Origin: Octopus vulgaris
Taxonomy: Eukaryota
NCBI GenBank assembly: GCA_951406725.2
Contig: OX597834.1
Coordinates: forward strand, 6,324,001-6,388,000
Length of the DNA: 64,000 nucleotides
Direction: 5' to 3'
Shown one piece after another: positions 50,961 through 63,190 of this stretch. The translations under genes were made by a program, and so were the position numbers. Numbering within the stretch: the first letter of the stretch is position 1; each line of letters begins with the position of its first letter. The notes beneath the pieces are model-generated. The model saw only the letters and a list, made by a program, of their open reading frames with translations. It had not been told where the DNA came from and did not search any database.

Positions 50961-51364
50961 GTAAATCCTCACCACCACCACCACCACCACCACCTCCACC
51001 ACCACCACCTCCACCGCCACCTCCACCGCCACCTCCACCGCCATCACCACCACCTCCACCACCACCTCCACAACCACCACCACAACCTTCACCACCACCT
51101 CCACCACCACCACCACCACCACCACCACCACCACCACCACCTCCACAACCACCACCACCACCACCTCCACCACCACCACCATTTACCATCTGTTTTTCAT
51201 ATTGACATGAGTCGTATGGTGTGACGGGAGCTGATGAGTGAGAGGGCTGCACTTAACTGCTATGTCTGCTCTGGCATGGTTTCTGTGGTTGGATGCCCTT
51301 CCTAATGCCAACCACTTCACAGAGTGTACAGGGTGCTTTTTAATGTGGCAGTAAGGTCACCAAG

Positions 51365-51606
51365 CGTAGATTGGCATATTTCGGTCATATTATGCAAGGA
51401 GAATCCCTGGAGAAGGACATCATGCTCGGAATGGTCAGTGGCAAGAGGAAGAGGTCCGACCAAGAACCCGCTGGCTTGACACCATCAGGAGTGATACCGG
51501 AATGGACATGGCCAATCTGGAAGCGGCCCAGGATAGAACTGACTGGAGGACACTGATCCAACGGGTGACCGGGGGTCGAACTTCGACTGAGCGGATAGAG
51601 AGAGAA
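51365..51606 (+). mobile_element. BovB-like RTE 3' end
   Basis: RRLAYFGHIMQGESLEKDIMLGMVSGKRKR..WLDTI..AQDRTDWRTLIQRVT followed by a (GA)n tail. Confidence 0.8.
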
Positions 51607-51832
51607 GGTCACAAAGTAACTCATAAAGGCAAGACCCTCCTCAACTGAGGAGGAGGTGTATTTTGAGGGAGGTGGCTTTGTACCAGATGATGAGAGGTTA
51701 AAGTGTGATAGGAGAACAGGAACTGGTATGTTGCTGTAGAGGAGACACATGGATACCCCAATTGGAAAAGAGAAAAGATGGTAAGGATGGGTGTTGGAAC
51801 AGGAAAGTGAATATTACAGAAGTAGAAGCAAA

Positions 51833-52040
51833 AGGCGGTGAGCTGACAGAAACGTTAGCATGCCAGGCGAAATGCTTAGAGGTATTTCGTCTGCCGTTAT
51901 GTTCTGAGTTCAAATTCCGAGGTTGACTGTGCCTTTCATCCTTTCGGGGTCGATAAATTAATTACCAGTTACACACTGGTGTCAATGTTATCGACTTAAT
52001 CCCTTTGTCTGTCCATATTTTGTCCCCTCTATATTTAGCC
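51833..52040 (+). mobile_element. SINE family B monomer
   Basis: Head plus one unit, followed by (TTA)n. Confidence 0.85.
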
Positions 52041-52147
52041 CCTTGTGGGTAATAAAGAAACAGATTATTATTATTATTATTATTATTATTATGCTTTTTC
52101 CTTCTTTCTTCAAATTTTCTTCCGTTTCTCGCCAAGTGTTTTCCATA

Positions 52148-52198
<51 letters not shown>

Positions 52199-52654
52199 CA
52201 TTATTATTATTATTATCATTATCATTATTATCTTTATTATTATAGGAAAATGTAAAAACACAAACTGAAATTCTAAACACATAACGATGATAATTATCCT
52301 TTATTTATCCTTAATGTTCTCTAGTTAAAACTATTTATATTCATATGCTATTAATACACTTTATAAAGCATTTTCTGAATAATACATCTTTTGACTTTAT
52401 GTAAAAAAAAGAGTCTGCTTAAACGATTCTTATTTGATTTAACTATTGAGTTAGATGAATAGAGTAAAGCTGAGGCACCAGTTTGGATCAAGACCGTATT
52501 GAAGAACTAATAAAGCCATAATAGCTGTCTGTGATGGAAGATTAAGTTATTCTGGTGTTGTTCTTATTACATTCAAACTATTTTGAGATGTTTCAAGTCA
52601 AAAGTGCATACGAGCGCTCTTGGCAGATAAATGTCATTGTGAGGGGGGGGGGTA

Positions 52655-52831
52655 GTAGTAGTAGTAGTAATAACAGCAGCAGCACTGTCACTATAACCAC
52701 CAGCAGCAACTGTAGTAGTAGTAGTAGTAGAAGTAGTAGTAATAACAGCAGCACTGTCACTATAACCACCAGCAGCAACAATAGTAGTAGTAGTAGTAGT
52801 AGTAACAGCAGCAGCAGCAGCAGTAAAAGTA

Positions 52832-52888
<57 letters not shown>

Positions 52889-52903
52889 ATAACAGCAGCA
52901 GCA

Positions 52904-52945
<42 letters not shown>

Positions 52946-53028
52946 ACAGCAGCACTGTCACTATAACCACCAGCAGCAACAGTGGTAATAGTAGTAGTAG
53001 TAGTAGTAGTAGTAATAACAGCAGCAGC

Positions 53029-53062
<34 letters not shown>

Positions 53063-53076
53063 ATAACAGCAGCAGC

Positions 53077-53128
<52 letters not shown>

Positions 53129-53211
53129 ACAGCAGCACTGTCACTATAACCACCAGCAGCAACAGTGGTAATAGTAGTAGTAGTAGTAGTAGTAGTAACA
53201 GCAGCAGCAGC

Positions 53212-53257
<46 letters not shown>

Positions 53258-53268
53258 ACAGCAGCAGC

Positions 53269-53326
<58 letters not shown>

Positions 53327-53406
53327 ACAGCAGCAGCAGTAGTAGTAGTAGTAGTAATAACAGCAGCAGCAGTAGTAGTAGTAGTAGCAGCAGCAGCAGC
53401 ATTGTT

Positions 53407-53438
<32 letters not shown>

Positions 53439-53440
53439 TA
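52655..53440. repeat. (AGT)/(AGC) trinucleotide array with higher-order spacers
   Basis: The spacer agcactgtcactataaccaccagcagcaac recurs at about 52680, 52750, 52950 and 53130. Confidence 0.95.
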
Positions 53441-53885
53441 AGGCAGAATGTTGGCAGAATTGTTACTGTGCGTGGCAAAATTCTCAATGGCATTTTGCCC
53501 ATCTTTATGTTCTGAGTTCAAATTCTGCTGAGGTCTACTTCGTCTTTCATCCTTTCGGGATTGATAAAATTGCATACTGGGGTCGATTTAATTGACTGTG
53601 ACCTGAAAAAAAACATTTTGGGCCTTGGGCCTAGAGTAGAAAAGAATATTTTAAGGTGGTCAGCTGGCAGAAATGTTAGCATGCTGAGCAAAATGCTTAG
53701 CGGTATTTCGCCAGTCTTCATGTCCTGAGTTCAAATTCCGCCAAAGTCAACTTTGCCTTCCATCTTTTGAGATATTTCAAGTCAAAAGAACATGCGAGCT
53801 ACCTTGGCAGATAAATGTCATTCTGTGGGGTTGGTAGTAGTAGTAGTAATAACAGCAGCAGCAGCACTGTCACTATAACCACCAG

Positions 53886-54836
53886 CATGGCTACCAGCAA
53901 TAGTATAATCCAACATTGAGAGTTACTTTTTGGGGGAGATAATTCTTATTAACGTTTAAAAGTTCTTAAAAGGTATTTTCTATTATTTATAATAATAATA
54001 AATTAGGAGAAGCCAGAAGTGAGTGTATGATGAGAATGGTCTTTTTTTTCTTTGGTTAATTTATTTTATTTATATATTGACTTTGATAAAAAATGAATGT
54101 TTAGGTCGGTAAATAGGTAAACTAAATTACTCAACTTATAATTTTAAAATACATACTCTCTCTTTTACTCTTTTACTTGTTTCAGTCATATGACTGCGGC
54201 CATGCTGGAGCACCGCCTTTAATCGAGCAACTCGACCCCGGGACTTATTCTTTTGTAAGCCCAGTACTTATTCTATCGGTCTCTTTTGCAGAACCGCTAA
54301 GTAACGGGGACATAAACACACCAGCATTGGTTGTCAAGCAATGCTAGGGGGACAAACACAGACACACAAACACACACACGCATATACATACATATATACG
54401 AAGGGCTTCTTTCAGTTTCCGTCTACCAAATCCACTCACAAGGCTTTGGTCAGCCCGAGGCTATAGTAGAAGACACTTGCCCAAGGTGCCATGCAGTGGG
54501 ACTGAATCCGGAACCGTGTGGTTGGTAAACAAGCTACTTACCACACAGCCACTCCTGTGCTTTCAAAATATTTTAAATATTTTAAAATTTAAGTTGAGTA
54601 ATTTAGTTTACCTATTTACTGACCTAGAAATTTATTATTTATCAAAGTTAAGATATAAATAAACTAAATTAACCAGGTAAAAAAAAAGACTATTCCCATC
54701 ATTCACTTCTGGCTTCTCCTGATTTATTATTATAAATAATAGAAAATACCTTTTAAGAACTTTTAAACGTTAATAAGAATTATCTCCCCCAAAAAGTAGC
54801 TCACAATTTTGGATTATACGATCGCTGGTAGCCATG
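53886..54836. repeat. Fold-back element with arms of about 260 bp and a SINE A at its centre
   Basis: 53886-54151 is approximately the reverse complement of 54578-54836. SINE A (minus) occupies 54155-54559. Confidence 0.9.
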
Positions 54837-55562
54837 TTTAATTCATGGAGAGAAAATTACCATACAGATTAGTTAACATTTCTTTTTACAAACATTTCTT
54901 TTTCCTACTTTTATTTTATATTTCTGTTGATTATTTACTAAAGGATAATTATTCCAACAACTTCTAGTAATATAATTTTAGTTTGTCTTGTCTTTATATA
55001 GGATGTAAACAGCAAAATAAGTACATATATGCTAGACCTGAAGATTGGCAATATAATCATTTTAATATGGTATTGTACTTAGAGACATTCTGTTTCAGTA
55101 ATATCAGGGAATATGTTGTCGTGAAACGTGCATAGTCTAGATAATGTAAAGTATATGGTTTTTAATAAGAATTGAAGGTATTAATTTTAATAATTTGGAA
55201 TAAAAATTGTAGGCATTAATTTTGATAATTTTAATATTTAGTCCTATATGTACCTATTGTGGATGATGTCCTTCAATAATGATTGAGTAGCTTGAGAGTG
55301 ATTCTGTCCCTTAAACCTACATATATATATATGTATATAATACAGTGAGTAATTCCTTTTAGTACCACTAAATTGAACTTCTCTCCTCTGTGAACTTGGA
55401 AATAACTTCCCTAATATAAATAATAATTATTATATATATATATATATATATATACATATATGCATGTATATATATATATATATACATATATACACATACA
55501 TATAAATATATATATATATATGCATATATATATGCATATACACACACATATATATATACATA

Positions 55563-55919
55563 GGCATAGGAATGGCTGTGTGGTAACTTGCTTGCTTACT
55601 GACCAAATGGTTCTGGATTCAGTCGCACTGTGAGTGGATTTGGTAGACAGAAACTGAAAGAAGCCCGTCGTATATATGTGTATATATATATATGTATATG
55701 TATGTGTGTGTATATATATTTGTGCATCTCTGTTTGTCCCCCATCATCGCTTGACAACCGACGCTGGTGTGTTTACGTCCCCATAACTTAGTGGTTCAGC
55801 AAAAGAAACTGATAGAATAAGTACTAGGCTTACAAAGAATAAGCCCTGGGGTCGATTTCTTCACCTAAAGGCAGTGCTCCAGCATGGCCACAGTCAAATG
55901 ACTGAAACAAGTAAAAGAG
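55563..55919 (+). mobile_element. SINE family A with an internal deletion in the 5' half
   Basis: Head, microsatellite and tail are recognisable. Confidence 0.85.
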
Positions 55920-56425
55920 TTTATATATACATATGCATATATATATATACATATATATACACACATATATATATATACACACATACATATATATATACAT
56001 ATATATACATATACATATATAGATTCAGATGAATTTGGTACTTAGGTCAAAGGCACCAGAATTTTGTATGGTATTATCCATATATCATGTTCTTAAGAAT
56101 GAAATCAACTTCTCTGTCTATATATCTACACCATTTTATAATGTTGGCAAATGAAATAGAGATAAGAATGTGCATTGTCCGGTTGACTGAAAAATTGTAT
56201 AAGTGGCTGAAGATTGCTTGACATTACACTGTTTAATAAAATGAAGTAACATGAAATGATTATACTACACTACTTCGGATATACTCATTGCTTATTTTGA
56301 TTACATATATATATATATGATTTGCCTAATAGTGGTTTTATTTCTAATTTAATATATATATTTATACTGTAAAATTAGATTTAATCCTAAATCTAATTTT
56401 TCCCAGTAAGTTTGGATTTACTCCC

Positions 56426-56490
<65 letters not shown>

Positions 56491-56524
56491 TCATATACAT
56501 ATATATATATACATATATATATAC

Positions 56525-56557
<33 letters not shown>

Positions 56558-56558
56558 C

Positions 56559-56604
<46 letters not shown>

Positions 56605-56608
<4 letters not shown>

Positions 56609-59600
56609 TCATCATCATCATCATCATCATCGTTTAGCCTCCGTTTTCCATGCTAGCATGGGTTGGACGGTTCTACTGGGGTCTGTGAAGCCAGAAGGCT
56701 TCATCAGGCCCAGTCAAATCTGGCAGTGTTTCTACGGCTGGATGCCCTTCCTAACGCCAACCACTCCGTGAGTGTAGTGGGTGCTTTTTACGTGCCACCC
56801 GCACTGGTGCCAGACAGAGCTGGCAAACGGCCACGAACGGATGGTGCTTTTTATGTGCCACCGGCACGAGGGCCAGGCGAGGCTGGCAATGGACACGAAA
56901 CGGGGCGGTGCTGGCAACGGTCGCGAAACAGAAAGTTCTCTTACATGCCACCGGCACTGGTAACACATCTGCAATTTCCATTGATCGATTTCCATTGATC
57001 GATTTCCATTGATCGATTTCGATTCTGATTCTCACTTGCCTCAACGGGTCTTCACAAGTAGATTTTCGACATGCCACCGGCACTGGTAGCACATCCGCAA
57101 TTTCCATTGATCGATTTCGATTCTGATCCTCACTTGCCTCAACACGTCTTCACAAGTAGAGTTTTGTGTCCCAAGAAGGGAAGGTATGCATACGTAGGCT
57201 GGCTCCATCCCATGTAGAAGGCCACGGGTTATGGACTCACTTGTCCTGCCGGGTCTTCTCGCGCACAGCACACTTCCAGAGGTCTCGGTCTCTAGTCATT
57301 TCCTCAGTGAGACCTAAAGTTCGAAGGTCGTGCTTCACCAACTCGTCCCAGGTTTTCCTGGGTCTGCCTCTTCCACAGGTTCCCTCAACCGCTAGGGTGT
57401 GGCACTTTTCACACAACTATCTTCATCCATTCTCGCCACATGACCATACCAGCGCAAACGTCTCTCTTGCACACCACAACTGATGCTTCTTAGGTCCAGC
57501 TTTTCTCTCAAGGTACTTACACTCTGCCGAGTGTGAGTACCAGCATTACACATCCATCGGAGCATACTGGCTTCATTTCTAGTGAGCTTACGCATATCCT
57601 CAGCAGTCACGGCCCATGTTTCACTGCCATGTAGCATGGCTGTTCGTACACACGCATCATACAGTCTGCCTTTCACTCTGTGCGAGAGGCCTTTTGTCAC
57701 CAGCAGAGGTAAGAGCTCTCTGAACTTTGCCCAAGCTATTCTTACTCTAGCAGTTACACTTTCAGCACACCCGCCCCTGCTGCTGACTTGGTCACCTAGG
57801 TAACGGAAACTATCAACTATTTCTAGTTTTTCTCCCTGGAAAGTGACGGAAGTTGGTCTCAGAGCATTTTCAGTGTTTATTGTTCCTGAGCATCTGCCAC
57901 ATACAAAAACCATCTTCCTAGTTAGCCTTCCTTTGACATTGCTGCATCTCTTATGTGTCCATAGCTTACACTTGGTGCATCTTATAGAGTTTCTACCTAC
58001 ACCTTTTCTACAGATCGAGCAGGGCCATCTACCTGAAGGTGTTTGTGATTTGTCTACCTTCCTACTGATTACGACTTTGGTTTTAGCGAGATTGACTCTG
58101 AGGCCCTTCGATTCTAATCCTTGTTTCCACACCTGAAACTTCTCCTCCAGTTCTGATAGTGACTCAGCAATTAGAGCAAGGTCATCAGCATAGAGGAGCT
58201 CCCAAGGGCATCCTGTCTTGAATTCCTCCGTTATTGCCTGGAGGACTATGATAAATAGGAGGGGGCTGAGTACTGAGCCTTGGTGGACCCCTACCTCTAC
58301 CCGGAATTCTTCACTGTACTCATTTCCAACCCTCACCCTACTAGCAGCATCCCTATACATGGCCCGCACAGCTCTCACTAACCATTCATCTATCCCTAGT
58401 TTCCTCATTGCCCACCAGATAAGGGATCGGGGGACCCTGTCGAAGGCTTTCTCCATGTCAACAAAAGCCAGGTACAGAGGCTTATCTTTGGCTAGGTATT
58501 TCTCCTGCAGCTGCCTTACCAGGAATATAGCATCAGTAGTACTTTTCCCTGGCACAAACCCAAACTGCATCTCATCTAAACTAACTCTCTCTCTCTAATT
58601 AGTTGGGCTATGACCCTCTCCGTAACCTTCATCACCTGATCCAACAGCTTGATACCTCTGTAGTTATTTGTATCTAGGGCATCACCTTTACCTTTGTAGC
58701 AGTTGACTATTATACTGCTACACCAGTCATTGGGTATGACCCCTTTGTGTATCACCTGATTAACTATACGGGTGACTAGGCTATAGCCGACACTACCAGA
58801 ACATTTTGAGCAGCTCTGCACTGATTCCTGATGGGCCTGGGGCTTTCCCTGTCTTCATGCTTCTAATTGCCTTAGCTACCACGGAACTATCAACTCGGAT
58901 AGCTGGTCCCTCTGTTGGGTCAACATTCGGCAGACTCTCTTTATCCCATTCATTTTCTTCATTCAGCAACCTTTCATAGTGGCATCTCCAAACCTCTCTC
59001 TTTGCATCCTCATTTAGCGCAAGTGAACCATCTTCCATGCGAACACACTTCTCTCCTACCACATCACGATTCTCTCTCACACACTGTCTTGCAACGAAAA
59101 CACCTCCAGTCTTTGGTCCTCACGGCGCAGAACATTGGCAAATATATATATATTGTTCCACCACCACGTTATTCTAGGTCGAGAGGGGACTTTGCACCAG
59201 CCACAGATCTGGTCAGTGGCTCTCAGCAGGTTGTCCCTTAGAAACGTCCAGCTGTCTTCTACACACACCTGTGATGCTCTATCCCCTTCTACTTCGTATG
59301 TGAGGAACACAGTTTGCAAGTAATATGTCCCTAAATCTCTGTCCATTTGCAGGATCTTTAAGCTTCCAGATCCTTCTTCTCCATATTTGTCGTCTTCTGG
59401 TTGTCCTCCTAGTTGATCCTAAGAAAGTCACTAACTACCAAGTCTATGTTGTGGGGTACATTCTTCACCTGGGAAGGTTTTGGCATTTATAAGCAGCCAT
59501 CTCTCCCTTTAAAGCCTTGTAAGGATGTAGTACAATTTGGCTGGTATGTTGGCCCGATTGGTAAGTGACTAGGTGGCTGATATATTTCCTGAAGTTCATT

Positions 59601-59615
59601 GTTTGGCACATTTTT
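56605..59615 (-). mobile_element. 5'-truncated RTE-clade LINE: endonuclease C-terminus, RT, 3' UTR of about 630 bp and (GAT)n tail
   Basis: Endonuclease-end remnants SHLVTYQSG and ECTPQH, then W..W motifs, DTNNYRGIKLL, QFGF, AFVDMEKAFDRVP, GVHQGSVLSP, YADD, FRYLG and LHGSETW. Broken by several small indels and one internal deletion near 59145. Confidence 0.95.
57392..58570 (-). pseudogene. Reverse transcriptase ORF fragment of the RTE LINE (392 aa) with a PHD-like insert
   Basis: Uninterrupted RT core. The true C-terminus (GRGRPRKTW...DLWK) continues in another frame to a stop at 57237-57239. Confidence 0.9.
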
Positions 59616-60258
59616 AAGAATTCCAATTTTAAACATCTTCAGGATTAGCTTTGATGCAGCAATTTTGCGTGAGTCATCATTCCCTGACCAAATGAAGAAA
59701 GTCAGCATAGTTTTAGAGCAATTTATCCCAAATGCTATGAATTCATGTGATCGTAAATTAGCAATTAATTAAAATCTTTATTAGAAACAGAGGCAATACT
59801 GAAGGATAATATTTATTCTAGTTTAAACTATGATGAAGCACTAATTAATCTTAAGTATTGCTGGTGGAGATGAACTACCTCAATTCTAGTGATCTACATT
59901 GGTCTCAGTCATAAGTATACACCAAGGTCAGTGTTTGAAATCATGTGATCTGGTTCCTTGCCTGTGAGGAATAAGTTGGGGTTTATCTCCTGCTAGTGAT
60001 ATCCAGTATTTTTGCTGCAACATATATCCACATCTTTAAAGACTCTCGACTATCTCACCACTGGGGATAAACCTTTAGAATGTGCTAAAGTTGGATATTT
60101 TGCTAATATAAGAGGTAAAGAGCTTGGTGGAGTGTGAGGTCCACAACTGAATGGTAATGCTCTTGATTCAAGAAGAAATGCTACATTCTCTCACATTGGG
60201 TTTCATTTTCTGAATGAATGCTGCAGAATTGGCAAAGCCGAAGGAATTGAGAGAATGG

Positions 60259-60639
60259 TATGGCGGCGAACTGGCAGAAATGTTGGCACGCCAGGAAAAA
60301 TGTGTAGCCGTATTTTGTCTGCCGTTACGTTCTGAGTTCAAATTCCGCCGAGGTACTTTGCCTTTCATCCTTTCGGGGTCGACCAGGGATGTGATAAATT
60401 GTCTTTCTGGGACCCTGTCGATGTAATTGACTTAAAGTGTCGCTTGAATGCTGTACTGGCTGATCCAATGTATTTCCAGGCTTGGGGGGTTGTATTGCCA
60501 CTGGTAGGGGTTCTGTTCATCTTTGATAAGCAAATGTTTTGTACGCACTGGGAGTCAATATAATTGACTTAATCCGTCTGTCTGTCCTTGTTTGTCTCCT
60601 CTGTGTTTAGCCCCTTGTGGGTAGTAAAGAAATAGGTAT
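60259..60639 (+). mobile_element. SINE family B interrupted by an insert of about 150 bp
   Basis: Head and 5' part of the unit, a gap, then the unit 3' part ending gaaataggtat. Confidence 0.8.
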
Positions 60640-61108
60640 GGCAGATTTAATGTGATTTGGGTGAAAGGAAGAGTAGTGCGGATTAGAGTTGGAGTGAGTA
60701 AGCTTGTAGTGGATGGAAGTGGAGTGGGGTACCTTCTTTATACACACCTGTAATTTGTATTCCATTCTCTATCACCTTCCATTTAGTCATCCTTATAATG
60801 AAACACAAACTATTGAATCTTACTTTCTGATCCTAAAACTCTTCTGATCTTTCCTTCACCCCATCTCCTAACCTTCGAGAATTAGAGGAATCTTGACAAC
60901 CTCCAAGTAGGTCATCATAGCATGTAGCCATATGCAGCCAGACACTTTTAAGCCTGCCCATCAATGATGCAATACCTGCCTCTCTACGTTAGCAATACTG
61001 CACCAGTCACTTGACTTGAGTCACAATACCACATAAACCGGAACTTCTGTTGCCCATCTTCCACCCTCATCTTATATTGCATCGTCTGTAAGCTTTACAG
61101 TGCTCTCT

Positions 61109-61545
61109 CATCATCATCATTGTTCGACCGTGGTCGAGACAATGGAATTTACTATGTTACGCCAGACTTCACAGTCCATCATAGCATTACGGAGGTCCTG
61201 TTACTGGATGTCTTTATCCCTGGAGATTACATCAGGGTAGGAGAGTGTGCGCCCACTGGTATCGCGAGCAGATGGTTTCCAGAGGAGAAGAGTAGAAATT
61301 GCCTCTTTTTTTCAGCTCTACAACAATGTCCAGCAAACTGGACTCTTCTACCTTTCACAAGAGATGATACAGGTGGTAATTTCCCATATATTTGTACTTT
61401 GGTTGGATGGCGCCTCCACGAGAGATTTTGAGCTCTCATAAGGAGGCAAGTATAGGTTCCATCCAACCGCCTCTCAAGCTTCTTTGATAACGTCCAGGTT
61501 TCTGAGCCATATAGTAGAATTGGTTCTCTCTATACAGGAGAAACT
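61109..61545 (-). mobile_element. RTEX-like LINE 3' fragment
   Basis: PILLYGSETWTLSKKLERRLDGTYTCLLMRAQNLSWRRHPTKVQIYGKLPPVSSLVKGRRVQFAGHC, with a (GAT)n tail. Confidence 0.75.
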
Positions 61546-61810
61546 AACAATTACCTTGCTGATTGCTTTTAGGAGCACAATCAGTGCACATTTCTATTTA
61601 TATACCTGGTCAATTTGTCACCACCTGCTTCAACATTGGTCTGTTTGCAGTGTGTGGCATCTTTGTACACCATAGATTCACATCTTAAAAGAAAGGACAA
61701 GAGCATTTTATATTTAAACTCAATATCTTGTCACCAGTATCTTTAAATGAATGTTTTTCTTCTGCTTCCACACTTCTTTTTAGGCCAGTTTTACCATTTT
61801 TATCCTTCGA

Positions 61811-62250
61811 CTTCCCTCTCAAAACTCCGACGTCTGGCAACTGACTTGGCAGACACCCATAAAATTATCACCCATCGTACAAACAATAACCCTGAGCACC
61901 TTTTCAAACTCCACCCATCTAACACCCGTGGACATATTTACAAAGTAAGAAAACAGCACAGCTCCCATGACTTCAGGAAACATTTTTTCACGCTGAGAGT
62001 TGCTGAAGCATGGAACAAACTGCCGGCATCAGTTGTTATTTGTCGGAGCACTGCATCCTTCAAAACTTCCATGCTTCCTGGGATTCGCCAACACTACACT
62101 TGATTTTCTCCCCTCTGTACACACACAAGCATGTATCTGACTCATACATTGTTCGCTTTCCACACATTTCTACATTACTGCATATGCTTTATATGCACTT
62201 TTCACAAGTTGTGGTGCACCTGAGCACTGTATACAATAATTTCATTATTA
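61811..62250 (+). mobile_element. CR1-like LINE 3' fragment
   Basis: LRRLATDLADTHKII..SNTRGHIYKVRKQHSSHDFRKHFFTLRVAEAWNKLPASVV. Near-identical to 32010-32458. Confidence 0.85.
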
Positions 62251-62454
62251 TATTATTATTATTAATTTTCCCCTTTCACCTCACCTTCAACCACTTCTCC
62301 TCCTCATCCCACTCCTTTTCCTTTTGCTTCTCTCACCTATGTTAAATGGAGCAACTTAAGGGCTGGCATGAAGAAGGCTACCCACCCATGAAACACTGCC
62401 TCAAAATGCTCTTTTTGACATTTGCCCACATGAAAAAGAAGGGATAAAAACTGA

Positions 62455-63190
62455 TTATGATGACATTGTTTAAGCTGTTGTTATTGTTGTTGATGATGAC
62501 GATGATGACGACGACGACGATGGTGATGATGACACTGATGATGATGATGATGATGATGACGACAATGACGATGGTGATGCTGACGATGATGATGATGATG
62601 ATGACGACAACGACGATGGTGATGCTGACACTGATGATGACGATGATGATGACAATGACGATGGTGATGCTGACACTGATGATGATGATGATGATGATGA
62701 TGACGACGATGGTGATGATGACACTGATGATGATGATGATGATGATGACGATGATGGTGATGCTGACACTGATGATGACGACGATGATGATGATGATGAC
62801 GGCAATAACGATGGTGATGCTGACACTGATGATGATGATGATGATGACAATGACGATGGTGATGCTGACACTGATGATGATGATGATGATGACGATGATG
62901 GTGATGCTGACACTGATGATGATGATGATGATGACGATGACGACGATCGTGATGCTGACACTGATGATGATGATGATGATGATGATGACGACGACGGTGA
63001 TGATGATACTGATGATGATGACGACGACGGTGATGATGATACTGATGATGATGATGATGACGACAACGACGATGGTGATGCTGACACTGATGATGATGAT
63101 GACGACAATGACGATGGTGATGCTGACACTGATGATGATGATGACGATGACGACTACGATGACGATGGTGATGATGACACTGATGATGAG
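62455..63190. repeat. (GAT)/(GAC) array with a higher-order unit
   Basis: The unit gacgatggtgatgctgacact(gat)n repeats over about 730 bp. Confidence 0.95.

Noticed and set aside
52555-53595. 346-aa Ser-rich, 309-aa Thr-rich and 281-aa Leu-rich ORFs resembling mucin or membrane proteins
   Set aside because: They overlap on both strands of one trinucleotide array, and the unique ends are SINE B sequence.
60008-60115. TGDKPLEC resembling a C2H2 zinc-finger linker, followed by a donor-like ag/gtaaag
   Set aside because: There is no C-x2-C or H-x3-H pattern around it, the acceptor is weak, and stops flank the frame.
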